A model generated the notes under the pieces. It was not told where the DNA came from. It searched no databases and was given only the letters and a program-made list of their open reading frames with translations. Made by a program: the position numbers and the translations under genes. 64,000 nt of DNA from Anthoceros angustus (lineage: Eukaryota; Plantae; Anthocerotophyta): assembly GCA_010909165.1 (NCBI GenBank), contig VJWM01000260.1, forward strand, positions 123,007-187,006. Reading direction: 5' to 3'. Positions 36,498 through 48,060 of this stretch are shown one piece after another; position 1 is the stretch's first letter, and the number at the start of each line of letters is the position of its first letter.

Positions 36498-39422
36498 ATG
36501 TTGGCCCATCGATCCCCGGCGCTGTCGGTCAGCAAGTGCGCCTGCTCACGGGATTCTCTTGTGCGTCCCGCAGCCGGGGTACCGGCAACCGTTTCCTTGA
36601 AGGCGTCGGGGGAATGTCGGCAGCAAAGGAGCTGGAGGTTGCGGGTTTTGGGACGGAATAGAGGCAGCTTGCTCTCCGCGCAGGACGATGGAGGTGAGCC
36701 GCGGTGGAGATGGAGGAATCCTGTCAGAGCTGCAGTGGCTGTCGATGCGGCTGCTCCCAAAACCACTCCCATGGGATTGGAGGTGTTGGAGATTCCGGAG
36801 CCGAATTCGCGGGTATGTTGCGCAGTCGTTCGTTCTGTCTGGGGCGGGGTTCGGGGGTTGTGGATTTGGCTCATTCGTGGTGATGGAGATGGATGGCAGG
36901 TGCGTCTCACCATCACTGTGCCTGCGGATTTGTGTAAGGATAGTTACGAGCAAGTCATAAAGGAGCTCAATAAGAAGACCAAGGTGGAGACCGGGTTTTG
37001 AACCATTCCTTGTGTGTGAGTGAGTTAGGGTGTGGAGAGATTGTGGTGATTGTGTGTTGATTTTGGCTCTTGATGACTAGGTGCCTGGCTTCCGGCCTGG
37101 GAAGAGAGTGCCAGAGTCCGTGCTGGTGGACTACGTTGGATCGCAGAAGGTGAAGGCTTCGGTGGTTGAGTCCATTCTTAAGAGGACGCTTGGAGAAGCC
37201 ATGGCTTCGGTGAGTTGTCGGCTGCAATGCGGCAGTAGGTAGTTTGATTCTGGTTTTTGTTGTAAAACGACGCTCATTATGGCTCCTTGCAGGTTGCTGA
37301 CCGAGCTGTGAAGGAATCTGAACATATCGTGAGCAAGTTTGACGACCTGCAGGCTTCTTTCTCGCCGTCTTCTCCTCTCAGGTACTATTCGGAGATTGTC
37401 ATGTTGTGTCAGTATTGGCAGGGGAGTTTGCCATCCCCATTCTTGTAGCACTGTGTTGCGCTATGTTAACTGAGGATACTATTGGGATAGCTATGATGTG
37501 GCAGTGGACGTGATCCCAGAAATTAAGTGGACATCTGAGCGAGCTTACAAGCATCTGAAGGTTGAGGTTGAGGTTGAGGATGAGTCAGCAGCCCAATTGG
37601 TTGCTGACACAGAGCTGAGGTCTCGGCACAAGGATCTGGGCTCACTCAAGATCGTGCAGGGTAGAGGGATACAGGTAGCATGACGTAAAGTGTGCTGCCA
37701 GCTTTCTATAGGCTTGTGCCCTCAGGGGTCTTGACAAGTGCGTGCTTTCAGATGGGAGATGTTGCCATTGTGGACATTTCTGCGCATCGGGTGAAGGATG
37801 ATGGCTCTATTGGTGACAAAATACTGTCAGCTGAACAGAAAGGTGGTGCTTTTGACTGCATTCTCGCCTTTGAGATTTTTGGTAGAGCAGATACACCCTT
37901 TCTTTTCAGCTTCACGAAACTTTACATTTTCTGCAGGATTTCAGCTAGATACAGAGGAAGCTGCCAACCTTCTCCCTGGCCTAGTGGAAGGGGTGATTGG
38001 GCTAAAGATAGAGGATAGTCGCACGTTTGACCTCGTTTTTCCTGATACCTGGCAACAAGAAGCTCTCCGGGGAGTGACTGGACGATTCCTTGTGAGTAGC
38101 CTACGGACCTGCTCAGAGTCCTGCCTAACCAATCATCCATTTCGATTTGTCTCAAACTTGTTCCCTGTACCTTCGAATCTAATCTATTTTTGTATCGTCT
38201 TCAGGTTGAGGCCAAGGAGCTTTTCACAAGAATTCTGCCTGAGTTAGACGATTCTATTGCAGGGAAGCTTGTTGAGAACTGCACAACTATTAGTCAGGTG
38301 GGGCAAACCTCCAATGTGGAGAGAGTCTTGCGTTTAAGCTACTGGTGAGAGTCTAGGCTGATAATCTGTGTTTCATTGTGAATATGGTGGTTCACGTATC
38401 AGGTGAAAGACCTGTTGCTTCAAAAGCACCAAAAGCGAATCGAGGACATCAAGAGACAGGACGTGAACATGGCCATCACTGGTGAGCTGGCAAAGGTGTG
38501 TCAACTACTCGTCTGAGTCACTTTGTTTGTACATGCTATACGTTCTATGTTGCAGGCTGTGTGGAGACCGCAAGCATGACTAATTCTTGTCCACTCCTCA
38601 GGTTGTAATTGTCGATGTTCCCAATTCCTTGCTAGAAGAACAGGGAAGGCAAATGTATGCTTCCAAGCTGATGGAGCTGCAGGTTAGGTCGCGGTGTATT
38701 TGATGGCAAGTTGAACTTTTGATTTTCTGACAATAATTGCTGGAGATTGTCTGGAGAGCTATGTCGATGCATAGATGGTTTTGACTCTAGTGTTTCCATA
38801 CAGCATTCGTCTGACTACTGGCTAAGCTTTTAATTGTCACCTGTGCAGGCAAGCATGAAGCTGGGTAAAGAACAGCTGACACAGTTTACAGCTCCAGAGA
38901 TGGTGGAGAATTATCTTCTGCAGAAAAAGGATACCATAAAGGATGCTGTCAAGATTTCTTTAGCAGTTGCAGAGATCTACAAGCTGGAGAACCTATCGGT
39001 ACCAACCGCTTCGTTGATCGGACTGTTTGTTGCACCTTGTTTCTGCTTTCTGAGTTAGGGTGGAGTTGAATCTTACTTCTTTGACATCCATCGTGAACTT
39101 TCAGTACACTGAGGAGGAGCTCAACAAGGAGGTAGACATAGCCGTCGCTGAGTTCGAACAGTATAAGCAGGAGTATGAAAAGACCCGAGTACGAGAGCAG
39201 GTAACTGTGTTCAATCCACGTACCACGATGGTTCGTCTCTTCAGTAGTGCAATCATAGTTTGTCTGACGAGCCTGTATTCTTTGTCCTGATCAACCTGCC
39301 AGGCTCAGGAGATGCTAGAAGGGTCCAAGGTGCTGGATTGGCTTCTAGAAAATGTGCAGGTCACGTATGTGACGAAGAAGGCTGACGAGTCCTACAAGTT
39401 TTCTTTCAAATCTGACAGGTGA
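36498..39422 (+). CDS. TIG: Plastid trigger factor (ribosome-associated chaperone), multi-exon with transit-peptide-like N-terminus
   Basis: VRLTITVPADLCKDSYEQVIKELNKKTK|VPGFRPGKRVP (GFRxGKxP ribosome-binding signature), FKBP-like LLPGLVEGVIGLK, and C-terminal QAQEMLEGSKVLDWLLEN; stop at 39420-39422. Confidence 0.92.
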
Positions 39423-40972
39423 TGAGTTGAGTTTTGTAGCCGTGGGTTCTTGTGCCCACTCTGCAAGCGCACGGTCTCCGATTTGTAGACGTGTGACGGG
39501 AGTATCTAGTGAGAACTTTGAGGCATATTCTTCCTTCCTACGTTCCTGGTACACGTTTGCTAAGCTAAAAGCGTCAGACAAGCGCCAATTCCCAACACAC
39601 CACAGCTGTTGGGGCGAGTCGGTGTTGGCATCCTGTACATGTCCGGTTGGAAGGAGGCTCGGCTATGTCCATATCGGCCCTGAACGTCTCTTTGGTAATT
39701 ACGCACAAACGTACAGGCTCACATGGGGATTGCGTGAGTGTCTATAATACTACAAGGTTGTACTCTCCTTCAGAGGTTGGCGTCCCGGCCGGGTTTATCC
39801 TCCAGTGCGAGGGGATCAGAAGTTAGAACCTGCCGACCTTAGGAATGTCGGGAGCCACAAATCTGTGAAACCATGGCCCCTTCAGATTCCCAGCGTGCGA
39901 ACCGTAACTGCATTTATCCATGTCCGTATCTGACGTCGGGGAAGTATTCCATTCCCTCGACCTGGTTTCGTGGCGTGCATCGCAGATATCCGTGTCAGGA
40001 ATACGCATATCCAACGCTAGTACAAGGGAAGGTGCTGTTCGTTGCATGTACATCCATGGGAAGCGCTTAGCTGTGTTGATCTCCTCCTCACGCTCTTCAC
40101 GAGGTTACATACGCTGCTGCTTTGCTGGATGCCTGGGTTTGTGTCCCAGTGCCCTAAACGGAAGACAAGGGTTTCCCCGGTCGCCTCCGCTTCAACCACC
40201 TGCTGGTAGCATGTACTATGGCACAATCTGAGCCTCATTCATCTCCGCGGCCGGAGAGATGCTGTAATAGTGTATCATGGCGAGCTTTCCTCTGGAAGCG
40301 CCAGCTCCCGGAAGTATAGGGAGCGAGCGAAATCAGGTGTTACTAATCAAATCGCAGATCGCAGCTGCAGCTGGTGCATGTGCAAGCGTAGACTTCACTT
40401 CACTGTACAACATGCTAACTCTAACCGACCGAACAGTGAGAGCTGGAGGCCCCGCCTGGGAAGAGCAGCCAATCCTGTTGCCTTACGGCGCAAGCAAGTG
40501 CTTAGGCAGCACGCCCTGTGATTGGAGGCAGAAGCCACGCCTGGAAAGCAGATGATCGGCCCGAGGTCCCACAGGATTGGCCTGTAAGAATGATTCTTTT
40601 CTGTAGTGTGCATGTTTCCGCTCCCATCTGAGAGCCTGAGCAGCAAGTCCCTAGACAGCGCCGCGTTTACGGCCTCGGGGCCACCTCCGCCGCTCACGCC
40701 AATCTTCTGCATCCGCCTTTACCTCCCCTGCTTATATTGCACGCCCGAACCTCCATCTTCGTTGGCTTCGATCGGGCGCTTCATTTCCCTTGAAGCCTGC
40801 ATGCTCGCCTGCGCTGCAACTCCCTGTCCTGTGGGCGCACCGAACTCGGCGTTGCCTCTTCTTCGTACAGCGGAAACTGCTGTTGCTGTGAATGCAGCGG
40901 TCCTTTATATTTTGCCTCAGCTAGCTCGGTCGCTTTCGCCTTGCTCTGGCAGAAGCGCCTCTCGTCACCGCC

Positions 40973-43900
40973 ATGGATCCCTCGCGAGCCTTCGTTCGGG
41001 ACGTGAAGCGGGTGGTGATCAAGGTATGGGCTTGGGTGGTTGGAATTGGAGCTCTGGATCCGCCTGGGCGCGTGCTTACTGAGGGGGACGGAGCGCTGTG
41101 CAGGTCGGCACTGCTGTTGTGACCAGAGCGGATGGCAAGCTGGCTGTGGGACGCCTCGGCTGCTTGTGCGAGCAGGTCCGGCTTGACGGGCCTGTTTTCT
41201 GGGCAATTTGGGACTGCCACGGTCCTGAATTTGGCCTGAGGAAACTTCTGTGCTGCTGTAGGTGCAAGCGCTGATGTCTGAGCAAATTGACGTCATTTTC
41301 GTGACGTCTGGCGCCGTGGGCGTGGGCCGTCAGAAGCTGCGGCACCAGCACCTTTTGAACAGCAGGTGCGATGTCAGTGCAGGATGCGGGGCTGAGGCCT
41401 AGTATTTTTCTTTTGAGGAATGTCAGGCTTGATGACAGCTTTGCTTGCCATCGCGCTTCCTCAACCAGCTGCACCTCATTGGCTTGTGTGTAGCTTCAAG
41501 GATCTGCACAACGATCTTCATCAGCTGGTACTGGATGGTAAAGCTTGTGCAGCAGTGGGTCAGAGTGGACTCATGGCCCTTTATGAGAGCTTGTTCTCCC
41601 AGGTCTTTATGACGAAACTATGGGTTGTTGAAAATTTTGGAATTTTCTACTTTCAACACTCACGTTGCTTTTTTTCCTTAACTTCTTGTTTCTGGTTCTC
41701 CAGCTCGGGGTTGAACAGGCACAGCTCCTTGTTACCGACCGTGATTTTAAGGATGTGGACTTTCGTCACCAACTTAGCTCGACAGTGAATGCTTTACTAG
41801 CACATCGTGTGGTTCCAATTTTCAATGAAAATGACGCCATCAGTACCCGAAAGGCTCCATACAAGGTTTGCAGCGTCTTCCTGTCTTTCAGTTGCTTCCT
41901 CTTTGTGCAAATCGTATCTGAGGATGTTAACTCGTTTGAGAGAGGTTTTGGTCTGATCTGGTGCCGTCGCCGTACTTTATGCTGGCATGTGGCGAAATCA
42001 GGATGCAACTGGGATTTTTTGGGACAATGACAGTCTAGCAGCCCTTCTTGCGTTGGAGCTAAAAGCGGACCTTCTTATTCTTCTGAGCGACGTGGAGGGA
42101 CTGTACACTGGTCCTCCAAGTGACCCACAGTCACAACTCATTCACACTTACTTGAAGGAGAAACATGAGAATACAGTAACTTTTGGGGAGAAGTCCCGGG
42201 TCGGAAGAGGTGGGATGACAGCAAAAGTATTTGCAGCTTGGAATGCAGCTTCTGCAGGAATTCCCGTTGTCATCACTAGGTCAGCTTTTGATGCAGTGCC
42301 ACCTTGTCTTTGTCGTTGCCTTTCTGTACTTGCACCTGCTGTAGCTCATGAGGATGGGACAGCTTGTTCATGATTTCTTGCTAGAGCTTCAGCTCTTTGG
42401 CACCGTCTGAAGACCGTGACAAGTGAGCGTTTGTGATCAGTTTTGTGTCTTGATGCCTGAAATCCTGTGTGCTTGGCAAAGTGGATATGCCACAGATGGC
42501 ATTGAAAGGGTGATGAGAGGTGAGCGTGTTGGGACCTTGTTTCACAACAAAGCTCAAGATCTGGTAGCCCTGAAGGAAGCTGGGGCGCGCGACATGGCTG
42601 TGGCAGCACGTGATGCTAGTCGCAGATTGCAGGTTGGTTGATCCGGTGTCTCCATTGTAACGTAGGTCTGTACTTTGGTGCAGGTTTTGTGGTCTTACAA
42701 CATTCTGCCCTCTCTGCATTACAGGGACTGTCCTCGGCAGAAAGGAGAGACATCTTGTTGAACGTTGCAGCTGCTTTGGAGGCAAATGAGGAAGTCATTA
42801 GGCAGGAAAACGAAGCGGATGTGGCAGCAGCAATTCAAGCTAGAATATCACAACCGTTGGTGGATAGGCTGACAATCAAGCCAGGGAAGGTGAGCTCGAC
42901 TTTTTAACCACGTAGGTCAATGTGGTCTGCTAATGTATGGTTCTATGTGTAACTGTAGGTTTTGCTTGGTACTTAATGTTCGTCTTTTGATGCCTCTTTC
43001 CGAACTGAAATTGGGCATTTCAGATCCGGAGCCTGGCATCCTCGATTAGGCTACTTGCAGAGATGGAGGAGCCCCTTGGACAACTATTGAAGCAGACTGA
43101 GGTTCGTTACTTTGCCACTTGCTTCAACCTGGCTGCAATCTGGAAACCTCGTTTCTTTTCCTCATCACCCACAACAGTGTCTGTCAACGAAGACTTGAGA
43201 AATTCCAAACACTGGTATGCCGTCCAATACAATTTTTCCTTTTGCAGATTGCCAAAGATCTTGTCCTTCAGAAAACTGCCTGCCCATTGGGAGTTGTTTT
43301 GGTGATATTTGAATCGCGCCCCGACGCATTAGTGCAAGTATGTGTGTAGTAACTGACTGTCTTCTTTGGGGTTTCGACGAAATTGATCAGACGGGGGCTT
43401 TTGATGCACGTTGCTGATATATAACTATTATCTACTGCAGATAGCATCTTTGGCAATTCGAAGTGGGAATGGCCTATTGCTGAAAGGAGGTAAAGAGGCA
43501 GCTCGTTCAAATGCTGTTCTGCATAAGGTATGCTGACGCTTCTTGTGTGCCTCTAGTGAAGTGAGTTACCAGCCAAACTGGTGTGGTTGTTGTCAAGGCA
43601 TTTCATCTAGTGTTCGCTCTGTAGGTTATTACTGCAGCTATCTCAGAACCTGTGGGGCCTAATTTGATCGGTCTGGTGACTTCCCGGGATGAGATCCCTG
43701 ACCTACTCAAGGTGTGATGTTAGGTCGTTGTGCCCGCGTTATTTTCATTGTCATCACTGAAGTTTTATTGCAACCTGAGCTTGGGTTGTTGCTGATGATG
43801 TCTGACTTGCGTGTAGCTGGATGATGTGATTGATCTTGTCATACCAAGAGGGAGCAATCAATTGGTTACACAGATCAAGTCTTTAACAAAGATTCCTGTT

Positions 43901-45445
43901 TTGGGCCATGCAGGTTGGTTGTACACTCAAGGCTTTTTGTTACAAACCAGTTACTGAGCAAGACCAATGGACTGACTTAGCTCTGTCGTTTTACGTGTGG
44001 CAGATGGTGTTTGTCATGTTTATCTGGATAAAGCGATCGATTGGGCCAAGGCTCAAAGAATTGTCCTGGATTCGAAAGTGGACTACCCATCTGCCTGCAA
44101 TGCTATGGTAAGGTTTCGAGTCATCCTGCATTGCACACTTTTAGTTTGGTGAGCATGGTAGCATCCAATGACATCTGGGGGTTGTTTGGCTGACCTCAGG
44201 AAACGCTCCTCGTACATGAAGAGCTAGTTGAGTCCAGTGGATTGCAACTTTTGTTAGTCGCTCTCCAAGAGAAAGGTGAGACTCGGCTCAACTAGAGTGT
44301 TGGGGGCTAGTTGCTCCCTTTTTCTCGACTGAAACTGCTGTGGGTTCTGAGAAAAATGGGTAATTATCATGCCTTCATCAAGATTCCCGATCAAGTGCAT
44401 GATGTGCTCAGGTGTACAAATATATGGGGGCAAGCGAGCTGCAGAGGTTATGCAATTGCCATTAGCTGCAAATTTGCATCAGGAATATAGCTCATTGGCT
44501 TGCACACTGGAAATAGTGGAAAACGTGGAAGCTGCAATTAAACATATTCATGAAAACGGAAGGTATGGGTTGTGAGGCGGCATTGCTGCTTGTGCAATTT
44601 TCTGCTCTTGTGCAATTTTCTGCTCATCTGGTGAATCTAACGTGTGCTTACCATGGCAGTGCACATACTGACTGTGTCATCACTGAGGATCCTGCTGTCG
44701 CAGCAACCTTCCTGAACAGTGTTGACAGGTGCGGATCGGAAGTGGAAACGTTTGAAAGTTTGATTGAAGTGTGGAAGCTAGTTCTTGGGTGGAACAAGAG
44801 CGTCACAGCAAGCGGGCATGTGTAGCTTCAACTGACAAATCTTTTATGTTCGCTTGTCCAGTGCTGTGGTCATCCACGATGCAAGCACACGATTCTGTGA
44901 TGGAGCCCGGTTTGGTCTTGGAGCTGAGGTATAGTCGGTGTCAGATGCTGGAACCTAGAAATAAGGCAGGATGGAACCATGTCAGTATGAGACAGGGGTG
45001 GGGTCCTGCTTGTGGTTGCTCGAAATGACACATCAGTTTGTGGACTGCTGCACAGGTGGGGATAAGCACTAGCAGGATACATGCACGAGGACCTGTGGGA
45101 GTAGAAGGACTGCTCACAACCAGATGGTAATTGCTCTTGAGCGGCTTAGCAGATTCTAGCTTTGTCTTGGGCAGATGCTGCTCGTTCTAACGACGTGGCT
45201 ATTGTGTCCCTCCCTCCAGGCTGGTGAAAGGTTGTGGTCAAATTGTAGATGGTGATCGAGGTGTGGTATATACGCACAAGGATCTTGGCGTAAAAGCTGC
45301 TTCAAACGGTACGGCGAATGGTATAGCAATGGGCACAGCAAATGGCAAAACCAATGGCCTCAGTAATGGCCCATCGCATGTGAGAAGTCACGTAACAAGC
45401 AACGGGAACGTTTTGAGCAACGGTGTGGCAAGTGCTGTACAATAA
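40973..45445 (+). CDS. P5CS: Delta-1-pyrroline-5-carboxylate synthase (bifunctional gamma-glutamyl kinase / GSA dehydrogenase), ~20 exons
   Basis: [17 protein letters not shown]|[58 protein letters not shown]|[21 protein letters not shown]|[15 protein letters not shown]. Confidence 0.96.
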
Positions 45446-46429
45446 GCATGTCCTTCCAGTTTGTGGAGGATGGGCTGGTTGGTCCTTTGAAGGAGATTTT
45501 TGTATGACCTGCTGAGCTATGCTGGTGGGTGCATAACGATGTATGGGCAGCAGTCCAGCAGCCTGGACAACAGGCTGACACTAACAGGTTACGTGAGGAG
45601 CAACCCAGGCACATTGCCGAGAAGTTTAACCAAGCGGGAGAGGGAGCTTGGGACTATTTAACCAGCGATTACAGTATTTTAGGTAGACTTTTCTCGAGGT
45701 GCAAATTTGTCGCAGACTTTTCTTGGCAACCGATGTGGGGACCTCATCTTTTTAGGACGTGATGAAAAGTAGGTTGAGCTACTGTAGCCATGTACTGTAA
45801 GACTGCATGTATTCCCTTGGTGTAAATACCAACATCCCAGAGTCCAAAGTTTGTTCCAAAGTAAATTCTTTGCATCGAGAAGGTATCCAGCGGTAGCAGT
45901 TGGATATAATTGTGAACTGAGACCTGTACAGGAGCTTCATAGTAGGTTATGTTTCAAAAATTCAAATCTTCTTTTACGCTTTCAAGAGGATGTGAATGTA
46001 CCAGTAGCAGGGAGTGAACTTGCTCTTAGAGACCGCAACGGCGAACCAATGAGAGGTGATGTCATGTGATTTAGGAGTTACCACCAGGGCATCTGGAGAT
46101 GTTCCAACCATGGCTTCCAAACCCTGTGGAGATGTTCCATTTCATATTCATGAGGACGTGGTTGTAGTGTATGGTGTACCAAAACGGCAACACCCAGCCC
46201 TACCAAAATAACTCGAAAAACTTCAGGACCTATTATTGGTTTTCCGGCCGTTTTGGCACTGCGCCTCTCCAAGTGTACCACACCGGCTACGTCCTCTTAA
46301 AGTTTAAAAAACGATATCCTATGTATATTTTTTCACTTTTAGCTTTGAGAATAATCACTTTTTATGCCATTAAAAAGAGAACCTCTTGCTAAAGCTTTTC
46401 ATCAACATTGAACGACGACCTGTGTAATT

Positions 46430-46890
46430 TCTCTCACTTTTAGCATTAAGAAAAATCTTTGCAAGAGCTCTATTTTGTAGCTCTTCTCACTTTTGATACT
46501 AAGAAGGCTTCACCAGAGAGAAAAATCTCTTCCAAAAACTTTTAAATACCTAACACTAGAGGTCCTCTATGTGTTTTTCTCACTTTTAGGGTTGAAAAAC
46601 ACTTCAGCAAGAGCTCTTATTTAAAGCTCTTCTCACTTTAATGCTAAAAAGGGTTTCCCTTGCAAGAAGTCTGAGCTCTTCTCCCTTTTAATGTTAGGAA
46701 AATACATGTATATTTTTCTTTTTCTTAACGCTAAAGGAAACTCGTGCAAGAGCTCTATTTTGGAGCTCTTTCCACATTTAACGCCAAAAAAGTTTGTCTT
46801 TTCTTCTTCACACTTTTAGCTAATGAAAAGCATTCCTGCAAGAGCTCTAGAATAGAGCTTTTCTCACTATTAACACCCAAAAAAACTTTT
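46430..46890. repeat. AT-rich degenerate repeat (gcaagagctct...gagctcttctcacttt motif), possibly a DNA-transposon subterminal relic
   Basis: The motif recurs about 5-6 times at irregular 55-130 bp spacing. Confidence 0.45.
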
Positions 46891-47909
46891 GCAATAGGTA
46901 CTCATTGTCAGAATGATGTTACATAAGGAAGAGGGAGCTTGAGGAGCTCTCCAGGAAGTAGGAAAGGGATAGCTCTTTGAAGAGTACTAGGTGTTCAAAG
47001 TTATCTTTTTGAAAAGGGGTAGACTTATTCCTATTTGCCCCATCATTAAGCTAGGGCACAAGCTTTGGTACGCTTATTGAAGTCATTGACCTATAGTCTC
47101 ATTGTTCTATGTATCAAAAGGATGAGCTTTGCACCTTATTCAATAAAATTACATCTTCTTTCCTTGTTGTAAATATATTTGTAAAAACAGGTTGCTCCCA
47201 CAACTCCTAATAATAATGGTCCTCCCTTTTGGAAGAGTGACAATGGAGTTCATTGGAACTCCGAGGTTAAGCAACCCTCCATACGAATCACTACTGGGAT
47301 GAGGTACCTCCCACCCCCCATTCCTCTAGCTTTTGGTGGCTTGTCTTTATTTTGAAGTTCTTCGGGGCTATATGATATATGAACTATGCTGCTTAAATAA
47401 AAGAGTTGTTCAACCTAAGCTCAGAAGACCCTAAGCTAGAAAGACCCCATATAGCTAAAGTTGAGAAAACCCTAGAAGACAAAGATGGAAAATAAGTAGT
47501 CCATCATTTAGTTACAAGTCACTCAAACTTCAGCATACGAAAACAAGAAGGAGGAGGTTTTCATGAAAAATAAATAGCCCCCTGAGGGCAAGATTATGCC
47601 CTGCTGCGTTCATTTTGCTCTAGATGGATTTTTATACAAAGGATGTAATGCGTTTGAAAACTAAGTGGACTGAAAAGGATGGTGGCTAGTTTGTTGAAGC
47701 TCAGTGAGGGGGAAGATATTCCATAATAATATTGTCTCGTTTGACAAATGCGTGGGGAAGTCTCGCAAACATAACCAATCGGTTTAGGGTTGAAGTTTGT
47801 AGCACAAGACGCAAAGTTTGCAGAGGCAAGGCGAAGTTTGCGGAGGCAAGGTGAAATTTGCAGAGTGAAGTTTGCGGGCGAAGTTTTGCACATCAAAGTT
47901 TGCAGGGTG

Positions 47910-48060
47910 AAGTTTGCAACGCGAAACTTGCAGAGCAAAGTTTGCAACGCGAAACTTGCAGAGCAAAGTTTGCAACGCGAAACTTGCAGAGCAAAGTTTG
48001 CAACGCGAAACTTGCAGAGCAAAGTTTGCAACGCGAAACTTGCAGAGCAAAGTTTGCAAC
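47910..48060. repeat. Perfect minisatellite, 28-bp unit x 5.4 (aagtttgcaacgcgaaacttgcagagca), with degenerate aagtttgc flanks from ~47790 to ~48100
   Basis: Units at 47910, 47938, 47966, 47994, 48022 and a partial one at 48050. Confidence 0.92.

Noticed and set aside
36498-45445. Recent bacterial HGT of trigger factor and P5CS (also considered for iPGAM)
   Set aside because: All are intron-rich and match standard plant nuclear orthologues.
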